Origin: Clostridia bacterium
GTDB taxonomy: Bacteria; Bacillota; Clostridia; Oscillospirales; CAG-382
NCBI GenBank assembly: GCA_017561145.1
Contig: JAFZDO010000001.1
Span: 2,935-66,934 of the forward strand
Length of the DNA stretch: 64,000 nt
Reading direction: 5' to 3'
The number at the start of each line of letters is the position of its first letter. The first letter of the stretch is position 1. Of the stretch, positions 19,377 to 29,011 are shown one piece after another. The translations under genes and the position numbers were made by a program. The notes below the pieces were generated by a model. That model saw nothing but the letters and a program-made list of their open reading frames with translations, was not told the DNA's origin and searched no databases.

Positions 19377-21023
19377 TTAATCCTTCTTCAAGCGAATCGG
19401 AGCGACAAGCTTTTCTTTTGCGAAAAGATAAGTATCGTCATAAACCGAACGCGCAAATTCATCCTTTGATCTATACATATCATAGAAGGTTCTGCCGCCC
19501 TGATAATACATTTTAACCGTATTCATAAAGCCTGTTTCTATGCCGACCTCAAGATATTCCTTGTATCTGTCATAAAATTCGGGAGCATAGCTGTCGTTGA
19601 TTTCCAGCTCGTAGCAAAGGCCGTAGCGCTTTGTGAGTGCGGCGTTATCATAAAGGCGTTTTTTGGGAATATCGGTTCTGAAGGCATAGTTGGGCTGCAT
19701 ACAAGCAACGTCAAAGCCCAATTCCTTCCAATTGCCGAAGCCCGAGGCTTGATAATAGGGGATCCAGATCATCTTATATCCCAAGGAGTGCAAATAATCA
19801 CGCACGAAGAACATAACCTGAAATTCATGCGGATTTTCATAATTGATCTCCTCCTCGAACCAATAAAAGCCGGCAAGTGTGAGATTTTTACGTTCCTTTT
19901 CGTTGAAACGCGCTATTTGGGTATCTATCATCCATTTGGTAACCTTGATCTTGTTCTCCAATACCGAAAGATCCTCGTCCACACCGTCACCGTCAAGATC
20001 ACCGAATTTTTCGGGGAAGTCGCCGTAGGTGGGAACTGTATGAAACATAGTAAGGAAAACCTTTATATTACAGTCTACTCCAAGCTCCGAGCCTACCTTT
20101 TCGGCGGCGATATCAAGAGCGTCTATATTCTTGCCGTCTGCAAAGGCGTTATCGATATAATATTTCCAACCGTCTGCAGATTTGTAATGGGAGGAATAGG
20201 TAAAGGCGGAATAAGGAAGGAAAAGGAAAGAGTCAAAAAAGGTGTCCTTCAAATTGCCTTCTTTATCATAATAGCCAACGTAAGGAAGCATTTCGTCAAC
20301 GCTGAAGCAGCTTGTGGGACGGTCCTTCTCGGGCGGATAGCAGTGGTATGCAAGGCAGATGTTATGGATCCCGCCAAGCTCTTCATAGGTGGGATATCTG
20401 TCAACGAAAAGCGCTTCACGCTCCTTTGTTGCGCCGTCTTCAACGGGAGAAACTGCCGTTTCGGGGATAAGAGTCGTGCCGTAAACCGAAAAGTTTTCGG
20501 GCCAGATATGAGTCAAAGTGCCGATATCAAGACGGATCCAGGATGCTTTATAGATCTTATCGAAATCATATTCGACCGACCAAACGGAAGGATCGCTTGC
20601 CACAGGCACGCCCCTGAGCTTATAAACTCTTTGCCAAGCAGCACCGTCCTCGGAAACGAAAAGGTCTATTCTTTCGGGAAGGCGTACGCCCATTTGCTTT
20701 TTCTGCAAAAGCATGCTCAGGCTAAAGCCGCTAACGGCTGAAAGGTTGGGCAATTTATAATAGATCGTACGGGAATTGCCGCGGGTCAGACGGGTCAAAG
20801 CGGGATCGTCAAACACGGGCGCTTTCGCCTTTTCGCCGTTGGTAAGAGTAAACTCCTCTTCGGGAGTGTTAAACTGAGGCGAGCAAAAGGAATCGACGAT
20901 AGGCGCCTCGGCGGAAACGCCGTAAACCGGCAATCCCAAAAGCAGATCAACTTTTTCGGAAGAAGGATGTTCGCTCGCGGGGGAAATTCCGCAAGGAGAT
21001 TGAAAGGGCTTATAATAATTCAT
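19377..21023 (-). CDS. hypothetical protein (possibly DUF4855-type, glycan-related; recollection only)
   Basis: 548-aa ORF with host-like codon usage and no signal peptide. The N-terminal ~190 aa is beta-rich, followed by a W/Y/F-rich alpha/beta region. No motif I can assign. Confidence 0.4.
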   Translation of the reverse strand: MNYYKPFQSPCGISPASEHPSSEKVDLLLGLPVYGVSAEAPIVDSFCSPQFNTPEEEFTLTNGEKAKAPVFDDPALTRLTRGNSRTIYYKLPNLSAVSGFSLSMLLQKKQMGVRLPERIDLFVSEDGAAWQRVYKLRGVPVASDPSVWSVEYDFDKIYKASWIRLDIGTLTHIWPENFSVYGTTLIPETAVSPVEDGATKEREALFVDRYPTYEELGGIHNICLAYHCYPPEKDRPTSCFSVDEMLPYVGYYDKEGNLKDTFFDSFLFLPYSAFTYSSHYKSADGWKYYIDNAFADGKNIDALDIAAEKVGSELGVDCNIKVFLTMFHTVPTYGDFPEKFGDLDGDGVDEDLSVLENKIKVTKWMIDTQIARFNEKERKNLTLAGFYWFEEEINYENPHEFQVMFFVRDYLHSLGYKMIWIPYYQASGFGNWKELGFDVACMQPNYAFRTDIPKKRLYDNAALTKRYGLCYELEINDSYAPEFYDRYKEYLEVGIETGFMNTVKMYYQGGRTFYDMYRSKDEFARSVYDDTYLFAKEKLVAPIRLKKD

Positions 21024-21096
21024 AATACAGACTCCTTTGGAAATTTTTTGACATTATACCACTATATTCAAAATAGGTCAAGAAGTGCTTAAAAAA

Positions 21097-21124
21097 ATCA
21101 CCCGAAAACATCGGGTGATTTTTT
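21097..21124 (-). terminator. intrinsic terminator after ricT
   Basis: Stem ATCACCCG / CGGGTGAT, flanked by A- and T-runs. Confidence 0.6.
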
Positions 21125-21133
21125 ATTTATTGC

Positions 21134-22396
21134 TTATTTATCCTCAAGCTGCTTAAGGTCGTCGCTGACGTCGTCCTTGACTCTGATCATACCGACAGCC
21201 TTCAATTCGCCCTTGCCGAAGACCTTTATGGTCTGGTCGCTGTTCATCTTGACCTTGATCTTGCCGGTAAGGAAGCTGCTTTCCACAATAACGCCCCTGC
21301 CCTTGGGTGTTTCAACGATGGTGTCTACCTTCGGGAAGGTCGCATATTCTCTTTCATAGGTATCGTGCTCGAAACGCAGACAGCACATAAGTCTGCCGCA
21401 GGCGCCGCTTATCTTCGAGGAGGAGAGCGAAAGGTTCTGATCCTTTGCCATCTTTATCGAAACCTGAGTAAAATCGGGGAGGAAGGTGTTGCAGCAGAAG
21501 GGTCTTCCGCAGCTTCCCAAGCCGCCGAAGAGCTTTGCCTCATCGCGCACACCGATCTGACGTAGCTCGATTCTCGTGCGGAAAACGCCCGCAAGATCCT
21601 TTACCAATTCACGGAAGTCAACTCTTCCGTCGGCGGTGAAATAGAAGCAGAGCTTCGCGTTGTCGTGCGTATATTCAACGTCGACAAGCTGCATATCAAG
21701 CCCGTTTTTGGCAACCTTTTCGTGCCAGATGGGCTTTGCGCTCTCCTCGAGCTTGCGGTTTTCGATATTGCGGAGGTCGTCCTCCTTGGTCGCCTTGCGA
21801 ACGACGGGCTTTAATGGGAATACCACCTCGGACTGACCGACCTTCTTGTTGCCCAAGGCGATCTCGCCGTATTCTACGCCGCGAGCCGTTTCGACAATAG
21901 CGTGCTCGCCCTTTTCAAAGCTGATGTCGTTGGGCGCGAAATAATATATCTTGCTGCCGTTGCGGAATTTGATACCGACTACCTCGATATTCTTTTCCTC
22001 CTCGGGCTCGGTAGGAGCTACGGGTGCTTCGTCGTAATCGAACATATATTTACGCTCGGTCTCGGGCTCGGGAGTAAAGCTGTTTTCGGTCTTTTCCTCA
22101 CGCGGAGCGTTCTTTTTCTTATCGTCGAATTTGCGGCGTTCGTGGCGGTGATGCTCGTTTTTTTCCTTCTGAGGAGCCTGAACCGGCTCTTCGGTCTGTG
22201 CCGCATCGACGTTTTTGATCTCGACCGCTTCGTTTACCGCATCGTTGACCGCCTTCGGCTTGTTACCGAAGCTTCTGCCGTGTCTTCCGCGGCGATGGTT
22301 GTTGCGGCGGTTATGAAAATGTCCGCCTTCGCGCTTTCCGTTGTTCTGGGCGCGGTTTTCGTTGTTATTTCCGTTGTTGTTTCCGTTATTTTCCAT
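21134..22396 (-). CDS. ricT: PSP1-domain protein (RicT/YaaT) with a long N/R/K/E-rich N-terminal extension
   Basis: The C-terminal ~280 aa carries PSP1 signatures CGRPFCCNTFL and SGACGRLMCCLRFEHDTY. The N-terminus is MENNGNNNGNNNENRAQNNGKREGGHFHNRRNNHRRGRHGR. GGAG lies 9 nt before the ATG at 22396. Confidence 0.85.
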   Translation of the reverse strand: MENNGNNNGNNNENRAQNNGKREGGHFHNRRNNHRRGRHGRSFGNKPKAVNDAVNEAVEIKNVDAAQTEEPVQAPQKEKNEHHRHERRKFDDKKKNAPREEKTENSFTPEPETERKYMFDYDEAPVAPTEPEEEKNIEVVGIKFRNGSKIYYFAPNDISFEKGEHAIVETARGVEYGEIALGNKKVGQSEVVFPLKPVVRKATKEDDLRNIENRKLEESAKPIWHEKVAKNGLDMQLVDVEYTHDNAKLCFYFTADGRVDFRELVKDLAGVFRTRIELRQIGVRDEAKLFGGLGSCGRPFCCNTFLPDFTQVSIKMAKDQNLSLSSSKISGACGRLMCCLRFEHDTYEREYATFPKVDTIVETPKGRGVIVESSFLTGKIKVKMNSDQTIKVFGKGELKAVGMIRVKDDVSDDLKQLEDK

Positions 22397-22419
22397 ATCA
22401 GATACTCCGTTTTTCTTTT

Positions 22420-23376
22420 TTACCGTGCCGCCGCCTTGATAAGGTCGGTTGCAAATTTCGTTGCGGTTGCGGTGACGTTTTGGTTGCCGTCAAGCGCAAC
22501 GATACAAGCCGTTGCAGCCTCGCCAATCCTCGAAAGGGCGCGCTTGGATGCATTTTTTGCGATCTCGGCAAGCTCCTTGTTTTTCGGTGTCAGCGCTTCT
22601 CGTACCCCGTATCTCGCCTTTTCGCATTCGTTCGCAACGGTGATAAGCTCGACCAGAACGGCACGAAGCTGATCACGCTTGAATTTGGGCAGCACAAGCG
22701 CCGAGGTAAGCTCGTAATTTTTCTTCGCAAGCGCAAACAGCAACAGGTTTTCCGCCTTCTCGCGAAGATTTGTATTTTCCTTTGAAAGATATTTTTCGGC
22801 AACGCCGTAATTTCCGCTTGCGATCTTTACGACCGTTTTGACGTCCGAGCCGTTCAGCGAGGGGTATTTTTCGCTCAGCTTATCGGTAAGCTCAATATCC
22901 GTCAAGCCGTCGAGATGGATCCTTTGTCCGCGCGAAAGCACGGTGGGCAAAAGCGAAGAGCGACTTTCGGTAAGCAAAAATATCGCAACCGTTGCGGGCG
23001 GCTCCTCGAAAAGCTTCAGCAGTGCGTTTTGCGAATCCTCGCGCAGCTTGTTCGCATTGCAGATAACAAAGACCTGCTTTTCTGCCTGATTGGGCTTAAG
23101 TGATGAGCGCAGGATAAGCTTTCTCACCTCGTCGATGGTAGCGGTCTTTTCATGTCCGACAACGAAAATATCGGGGTGGTTGCCGGATAACGCCATCAGG
23201 CAGTTTTTGCAATAACCGCAGGGCTTGTTCTTTTCGGAGCAAAGCATCGCACGGGCGGCTTCGAGCGCAAATTCCCTTTTTCCGATTCCGTCGGCACCGT
23301 CGATAATATAAGCGTGCGAGCAAACGCCAAGCCTTGCTTTTTCGAAAAACAGGCGTAATTCGTCGCTGTTATACAT
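22420..23376 (-). CDS. holB: DNA polymerase III delta-prime subunit
   Basis: AAA+ clamp-loader features are HAYIIDGADGIGK, the zinc module CSEKNKPCGYCKNC and TVLSRGQRI. The ATG at 23376 has AGGAGG 8 nt upstream, whereas the track start at 23406 has none. Confidence 0.8.
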   Translation of the reverse strand: MYNSDELRLFFEKARLGVCSHAYIIDGADGIGKREFALEAARAMLCSEKNKPCGYCKNCLMALSGNHPDIFVVGHEKTATIDEVRKLILRSSLKPNQAEKQVFVICNANKLREDSQNALLKLFEEPPATVAIFLLTESRSSLLPTVLSRGQRIHLDGLTDIELTDKLSEKYPSLNGSDVKTVVKIASGNYGVAEKYLSKENTNLREKAENLLLFALAKKNYELTSALVLPKFKRDQLRAVLVELITVANECEKARYGVREALTPKNKELAEIAKNASKRALSRIGEAATACIVALDGNQNVTATATKFATDLIKAAAR

Positions 23377-23539
23377 CAATGGCACCTCCTGATCAAACAA
23401 AATCATTTGTCCTCATTATTATAATAACACAAAAAATTCTAATTGAAAAGGGATTTGACAAAAAATAATTTGACAAAACACAAAAAAAGATATAAACTGA
23501 ATTGATTAATAACAGATTTTTAATCAGGAGGTATGCGAT

Positions 23540-24370
23540 ATGAGCATTATTGTCGGCATAGACGTTGGGGGAAGCACCACAAAGATCGTCGGATTTGACG
23601 GGCGAACGCTGTTGGACCCCATACTCGTAAAGGCAACGGATCCGATCGCATCGGTCTACGGCGGCTTCGGTAAATTCACAAGCGACAACAAAATATCGCT
23701 TAAGGATATAAGCAAGGTTATGGTCACGGGCGTAGGCTCGGCTTTTATCGGCGATAACATTTACGGCATCGAAACCGTTCATATAAACGAATTCACCGCA
23801 AACGGCAAAGGCGGTCTTTATCTAAGCGGCATCGACGAAGCGATAATCGTAAGCATGGGCACCGGCACGGCTTACGTTTATGCAAACGGCAATACCAAGG
23901 AATACACTCACCTGGGCGGTACGGGAGTGGGCGGCGGCACGTTGGCAGGACTTGCCGACAAGCTTATCGGCGTGCATTCGGTTCAAAACGTTGCAAGCCT
24001 CGCTCTTGAGGGCAACCTTGAAAACATCGACCTTCGTATTTCGGATATAACCGACACCGCAATAAGCCCCGCGCTTCAGGACAACACGACCGCATCCAAC
24101 TTCGGTAAGATAAGCGATCTCGCCTCGCGCGAGGATATCGCACTCGGTCTTTTGAACATGGTTTACGAAACGATTGCGATGATGGCTATCTTCTCGGCAC
24201 GTACCAAGAGCATCCGCGACATCGTTCTTATCGGTCACCTTGCGGTGCTTCCGCAATCAAAGGAAATTTTCGATAAATTGAAAAATATGTTCAACGTAAA
24301 TATCATCATCCCCGAAAATGCGGCGTACGGCACCGTCATCGGTGCGGCGCTCGAGGGCTTGGGTAACTGA
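23540..24370 (+). CDS. coaW: type II pantothenate kinase
   Basis: ASKHA fold with GIDVGGSTTKIV, VSMGTGTAYVY, LGGTGVGGGTLAGL, TASNFG and VLIGHL...ENAAYGTVIGAAL. This pattern matches Staphylococcus-type CoaW. Confidence 0.75.
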   Translation: MSIIVGIDVGGSTTKIVGFDGRTLLDPILVKATDPIASVYGGFGKFTSDNKISLKDISKVMVTGVGSAFIGDNIYGIETVHINEFTANGKGGLYLSGIDEAIIVSMGTGTAYVYANGNTKEYTHLGGTGVGGGTLAGLADKLIGVHSVQNVASLALEGNLENIDLRISDITDTAISPALQDNTTASNFGKISDLASREDIALGLLNMVYETIAMMAIFSARTKSIRDIVLIGHLAVLPQSKEIFDKLKNMFNVNIIIPENAAYGTVIGAALEGLGN

Positions 24371-24384
24371 CGAAAGGACGTAAC

Positions 24385-24774
24385 ATGGCTGAAAACAACA
24401 GATGGAACAAGAAAATCTTCGCAATGCTGCTTAACGAAGCAAAGGGAGTCCGCTCCTGGCGCCAATTTGCCGCCGATTGCGATATAAGCTACGTCCAGAT
24501 GCGAAAGCTTGCGCTCGGCACGCAGGAAAATCCTCCCCGTCCCAAGCTTATTCGCAAGGTCGCTTCGCACGCATTCGGCGAGATCGACCTTGCTGACCTT
24601 ATGTTTGCCGCAGGCATCCACACGGGAGATTCATTTACCTTCCGCGAAAATGCGAATTTAAGCGAAACACCGCTTGACAAATACCGTTCGCTCCCTCCGA
24701 AGGCGCGCAAAACGGTCGATAAATTCGTCGAGTTCCTTGCATCCGAGGTCGAAAAGGGCAATTCCTTCGACTAA
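24385..24774 (+). CDS. hypothetical protein with a probable helix-turn-helix
   Basis: 129 aa. The segment SWRQFAADCDISYVQMRKLALG resembles an XRE-like HTH. Tentative. Confidence 0.4.
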   Translation: MAENNRWNKKIFAMLLNEAKGVRSWRQFAADCDISYVQMRKLALGTQENPPRPKLIRKVASHAFGEIDLADLMFAAGIHTGDSFTFRENANLSETPLDKYRSLPPKARKTVDKFVEFLASEVEKGNSFD

Positions 24775-25070
24775 AAGAAAAGCAAAAAAGCAATTATCAG
24801 CACGAACAGATCGTTATCTCCGTCCGAATCGAGAAGCAAAAGCAAACCGATTGCAATAAGTATAAGATCGTCGAGCCTTAAATCGCGCAGAAAATCGAGC
24901 TTTAAGCCCTTTTTCCGATCGCACGCAGGCTCGGGGCGTTCCTTTATCGCCTCACTTGAAGTTTCCCTTTCCGCTTCTCTTTCGGCACGTTCGCGCGATT
25001 CGTTATATTCCCTCTCGTAGTTATAAAGCTGACCCTCGCTTTTTATTCCTCCGAAATTACGGTTGTACAA
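24771..25070 (-). CDS. hypothetical protein (charged N-terminus, hydrophobic C-terminal tail)
   Basis: 99 aa: an ERE-rich N-terminus, then LILIAIGLLLLLDSDGDNDLFVLIIAFLLFF. Confidence 0.4.
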   Translation of the reverse strand: MYNRNFGGIKSEGQLYNYEREYNESRERAEREAERETSSEAIKERPEPACDRKKGLKLDFLRDLRLDDLILIAIGLLLLLDSDGDNDLFVLIIAFLLFF

Positions 25071-25080
25071 AAGAATCGCC

Positions 25081-25404
25081 TCACTTTCTGAAGTTTTTCA
25101 TCATCGCCGCAAGCGTCAGCGCCTGAGTCAGCGCGTCCACACGGTCGCGGCGGTCCTCACGCAGGAGCGGCTTTAAGGAAGCCAACAGGTTTATGCGCGG
25201 GTCGCCGTTTTGTGCACTCGGGAGCAAAAGGTTTGTTTTATCACTATTTGCGGCAACGTCCGGCGTCGGCTCGGCGGCTGACGAGGCTTCGGGCGCAGCC
25301 GTTTTTCCCAATCCCGACGCGAGCGCGGTTATTTTTGCCATAGCATCGGGATCGGAAAGCACAAGCTTCAGCTTTTCGGAAAAATCAACGTCCAATATCA
25401 ACAC
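25081..25404 (-). CDS. hypothetical protein
   Basis: 107 aa. It overlaps the upstream ORF by 20 nt. No family recognised. Confidence 0.4.
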   Translation of the reverse strand: MLILDVDFSEKLKLVLSDPDAMAKITALASGLGKTAAPEASSAAEPTPDVAANSDKTNLLLPSAQNGDPRINLLASLKPLLREDRRDRVDALTQALTLAAMMKNFRK

Positions 25405-25648
25405 CCCGATCCTTTAACATCTTGATGATTTCCTCGCTTTTTTCCTTCCCCGCGGCATCGATAAGCTGATTAGCCTCCTCCGACGTTATCGAGGCAAGCC
25501 TGCGCTTGAGCATATCGGGGTTAGAAAGCATTACCTCTGTTTTGAGCTTGCTTGCGCCTGCGGCAGAAGCGATACTGCGCGCGAGGGATACAAAGCTTTC
25601 GTTATCCATCGACAGTATTTTTTCAAGCTGTTTGCGATCGATTTCCAT
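25385..25648 (-). CDS. hypothetical protein
   Basis: 87 aa and helical or charged. It is the first gene of a three-ORF minus-strand cluster. Confidence 0.4.
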   Translation of the reverse strand: MEIDRKQLEKILSMDNESFVSLARSIASAAGASKLKTEVMLSNPDMLKRRLASITSEEANQLIDAAGKEKSEEIIKMLKDRGVDIGR

Positions 25649-25699
25649 TGAGATTTCCTCCGTTACGGTTATGTTATTTTTTAAAAGGAGTTGTTAAGA

Positions 25700-26215
25700 G
25701 TGTATATTTGCAAGCCCGAAAGAAACGTTGCGCAGACAAGATTGCTTATTCTGACCTGTGCAGTCGTTACTCTTTCGATATTTTTTATATCCACCGTCGT
25801 GCCGGCGTATAACTCTCTGGTCGAAACGTTCGGATTCGTTTCGCTCGTGATATCGATACTTCTCGTTTACCGCTATTCGATGAGCGAATTCGAATACGCC
25901 GTGACCGATTGCGATTTCACCGTTACCAGGATCGTAGGTAACAAGCGCACGCCTGTGTGCTGTATTGCACTTGAAACGGCGATCGACCTTTTCGAAAAGA
26001 GCGATTACGTCAAGCTTCCGAAGCAAGAAAAGGCGATCACCAAATATTCGCTCAACCAGAATATGTTCGCAAAAAGCTATGTTTTTCTTTGCGATTTCAA
26101 CGAAAGACGTGCAATGATCGAGTTTGAGCCTAATATTCAGTTCGTAATGATATTGAAAAATGCCATAAAAAACGCAAAACACCAAAGCGAAAATGGCGAA
26201 AGCAACGATATTTAA
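25700..26215 (+). CDS. hypothetical membrane protein
   Basis: Two N-terminal TM helices. GTG at 25700 lies 9 nt after AAAGGAG; the track's TTG at 25691 abuts the RBS. Confidence 0.45.
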   Translation: MYICKPERNVAQTRLLILTCAVVTLSIFFISTVVPAYNSLVETFGFVSLVISILLVYRYSMSEFEYAVTDCDFTVTRIVGNKRTPVCCIALETAIDLFEKSDYVKLPKQEKAITKYSLNQNMFAKSYVFLCDFNERRAMIEFEPNIQFVMILKNAIKNAKHQSENGESNDI

Positions 26216-26307
26216 TATTATTCTATGCAAAAGCATGTAAAGGATTGCTTTTTCGGAAAAAAATGATATAATATATTTTTGTCAAAATATTTACCAGAGG
26301 TTTAACT

Positions 26308-27750
26308 ATGTATGACGTAACGATCATCGGCGGCGGCGTTTGTGGCGCGGCCGTAGCGATGTACCTTTCTAAATACGACCTTAAGTGCTGTCTTCTCGAA
26401 AAGGAAAACGATATTGCAATGAGCACAACACGTGCAAACAGCGGTATCGTGCACGCAGGTTACGACCCCGAGCCCGATACTCTTATGGCTCGTCTTAACG
26501 TTCGCGGATGTGAGCTTATCGAAGAGATCTGCGAGCAGTTAAACATTCCCTACAATAAGTGCGGCTCGATGGTCATCTCCTTCGATTCCAAGGACGAAGC
26601 GCACCTTGGAGAGCTTTATGAGCGCGGCATCGCAAACGGCGTGCGCGGCATGGAGCTTATCGACAAGGAAGAGCTTTTAAAGCGCGAGCCCAATCTTTCG
26701 AACGACGTTACCGGTGCTTTGTATGCATCCTCTGCGGCAGTCGTAAACCCTTGGCGTCTTTGCCTCGGTATGGCAGAAACCGCGGCTAAAAACGGCGTTG
26801 AATTTTATCTCGACAGCGAGGTTACCGAAATCGAAAAGGTCAACGGCGCATTCAAGGTGACCGCGGGCGGCAAGGTATATGAGACCCGCTTTATCATCAA
26901 CGCGGCAGGTCTTTTTGCCGACAGGATTGCCGCACTTGCAGGCGCTCAGGATTTTGAAATATTCGCATCCAAGGGACAGTATTTCCTTCTTGACAAGACC
27001 TCTTACGGACTTGTAAACACCGTTATCTTCCAGTGTCCCACCGAAAAGGGCAAGGGCGTTCTTATTTCCCCCACCGCAGACGGCAATATCATCGTCGGCC
27101 CGAATGCAGAATCGAACAACGAGCGTGACGACGTTTCCACCACCCGCGAGGGATTGGATTTCGTTGCTCAGGAAGCGGCAAAAACAAGCAAGCTCGTTGA
27201 CTACCGCGAAAATATCCGTTCCTTCTCGGGCTTGCGCGCAAACTCCGACAAGAAGGACTTCATTATCGGAGAATCGGCACTTTGCCGTCACTTTATAAAC
27301 GTTGCGGGCATCAAATCCCCCGGTCTTTCCTCCTCACCCGCTATCGGCGAATACGTTATCGAAATTCTCGAGGATTGCGGTCTTATCATGACCGAAAAGG
27401 CAGACTGGTCCTATCCCGAAGCACATATCTGCTTCGCAGAGCTTACCAACGAGGAAAAGGCAGAGATCTGCAAGCGCAACCCCAAATACGGCAACATTAT
27501 CTGCCGTTGTAACGTTGTTACCGAGGGCGAAATTCTGGATGCTCTCGACAACTCCTACATCAAGCCCCGTACACTTGACGGCATCAAGCGCCGTACCGGC
27601 ACGGGCATGGGCAGATGCCAGGGCGGCTTCTGCGGAGTAAGAGTTCACGAAATACTTTGCAAATATTACGGTGTTGATGCCACCGAGGTGCTTTGGGACA
27701 GAAACGGCTCCAACATAGTTGCAGGAAAGGTCGGTGAAAGCAATGACTAA
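26308..27750 (+). CDS. FAD-dependent oxidoreductase, GlpA/glycerol-3-phosphate dehydrogenase-like, with a C-terminal BFD-like [2Fe-2S] module
   Basis: FAD motif VTIIGGGVCGAAVA. C-terminal Cys motif ICRCNVVTEGEI...GMGRCQGGFC. Confidence 0.7.
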   Translation: MYDVTIIGGGVCGAAVAMYLSKYDLKCCLLEKENDIAMSTTRANSGIVHAGYDPEPDTLMARLNVRGCELIEEICEQLNIPYNKCGSMVISFDSKDEAHLGELYERGIANGVRGMELIDKEELLKREPNLSNDVTGALYASSAAVVNPWRLCLGMAETAAKNGVEFYLDSEVTEIEKVNGAFKVTAGGKVYETRFIINAAGLFADRIAALAGAQDFEIFASKGQYFLLDKTSYGLVNTVIFQCPTEKGKGVLISPTADGNIIVGPNAESNNERDDVSTTREGLDFVAQEAAKTSKLVDYRENIRSFSGLRANSDKKDFIIGESALCRHFINVAGIKSPGLSSSPAIGEYVIEILEDCGLIMTEKADWSYPEAHICFAELTNEEKAEICKRNPKYGNIICRCNVVTEGEILDALDNSYIKPRTLDGIKRRTGTGMGRCQGGFCGVRVHEILCKYYGVDATEVLWDRNGSNIVAGKVGESND

Positions 27751-29011
27751 GCACGATATAGTTATCATCGGCGCAGGTCCTGCGGGCCTTGCGGCTGCAG
27801 TTGCCGCTTATGAAGCGGGCGTTACCGATATTTTGCTTCTCGAGCGTGACTGCGAAGCAGGCGGTATTCTCAACCAGTGTATTCACAACGGCTTCGGTCT
27901 TCACCGCTTCGGCGAGGAATTAAGCGGCCCCGAATATGCAGGCAAGTATATCGATATGCTCAAGAGCACAAGCGTTAAGCTTCAGCTCGGCACTACCGTT
28001 CTTAATATTGAAAACAAGATCGTTTCGGCAGTTTCGGAGGCAAACGGCTTTGAACAGTTCGAAGCAAAGGCAATAATCCTTGCGATGGGCTGCAGAGAAC
28101 GCAACCGCGGCCCTATCTCGGTCCCCGGCGACAGAGGCAAGGGCGTATTCACCGCAGGTGCGGCACAGCGTTATCTTAACATCGAGGGCTACCTTGTAGG
28201 TAAGAAGATCGTTATTCTCGGCAGCGGCGATATCGGACTTATTATGGCAAGAAGAATGACGCTTGAGGGCGCAAAGGTTCTTGCGGTTTCCGAAATCATG
28301 CCCTTCACAAACGGTCTTTCGAGAAACGTCGCTCAGTGTCTTGAGGATTTCGATATTCCTCTTTATCTTTCCCACACCGTTACCAAGGTCATCGGCAAAG
28401 ATGCTCTCGAGGGAATTGAAATTTCTCAGGTTGACGAAAATATGAAGCCTATCAAAGGCACCGAAAAATATTTCGAATGCGATACGCTTCTTTTGTCTGT
28501 CGGTCTTGTTCCCGAAAACGAGCTTACCCGTCAGGCAGGCATCGACCTTGACGCACGCACAAGAGGTGCATCGGTCGGCGAGGATATGCAAACCTCCGAG
28601 GAAGGCGTTTTCGCTTGCGGTAACGTGCTTCACGTTCACGACCTTGTCGACTACGTTTCTGCCGAAAGCGAGCGCGCAGGCAGAAGCGCGGCTAAATACG
28701 TGCTCGGCACCGCTGTAGCCGAAAAGGATAAGCTTAACGTAAACGGCGGACTCAACGTGGGATATACCGTTCCCCAGAGAATCAACCGTGCAAACGTTGA
28801 AAAGGGCGTTGATATCTTCTTCCGTGTACGCAAGAAGATCCGCGTCGGCGAGATCCGCGTTGAATCCAACGGCGAAAAGATCGCATCCTTCAAGCGCGAA
28901 TTTTTGGCTCCTGCCGAAATGGAAAAGATCACCGTTCCCAAGGTTCTGCTTGACAGAGCAAACGGAAGCATTACGGTGTCAGCGATCGAAATCGAGGAGG
29001 AAGCGAAGTAA
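27743..29011 (+). CDS. NAD(P)/FAD-dependent pyridine-nucleotide-disulfide-family oxidoreductase
   Basis: Two dinucleotide motifs, IVIIGAGPAGLAAA and IVILGSGDIGL. The ATG at 27743 overlaps the upstream stop (ATGACTAA). Confidence 0.7.
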   Translation: MTKHDIVIIGAGPAGLAAAVAAYEAGVTDILLLERDCEAGGILNQCIHNGFGLHRFGEELSGPEYAGKYIDMLKSTSVKLQLGTTVLNIENKIVSAVSEANGFEQFEAKAIILAMGCRERNRGPISVPGDRGKGVFTAGAAQRYLNIEGYLVGKKIVILGSGDIGLIMARRMTLEGAKVLAVSEIMPFTNGLSRNVAQCLEDFDIPLYLSHTVTKVIGKDALEGIEISQVDENMKPIKGTEKYFECDTLLLSVGLVPENELTRQAGIDLDARTRGASVGEDMQTSEEGVFACGNVLHVHDLVDYVSAESERAGRSAAKYVLGTAVAEKDKLNVNGGLNVGYTVPQRINRANVEKGVDIFFRVRKKIRVGEIRVESNGEKIASFKREFLAPAEMEKITVPKVLLDRANGSITVSAIEIEEEAK

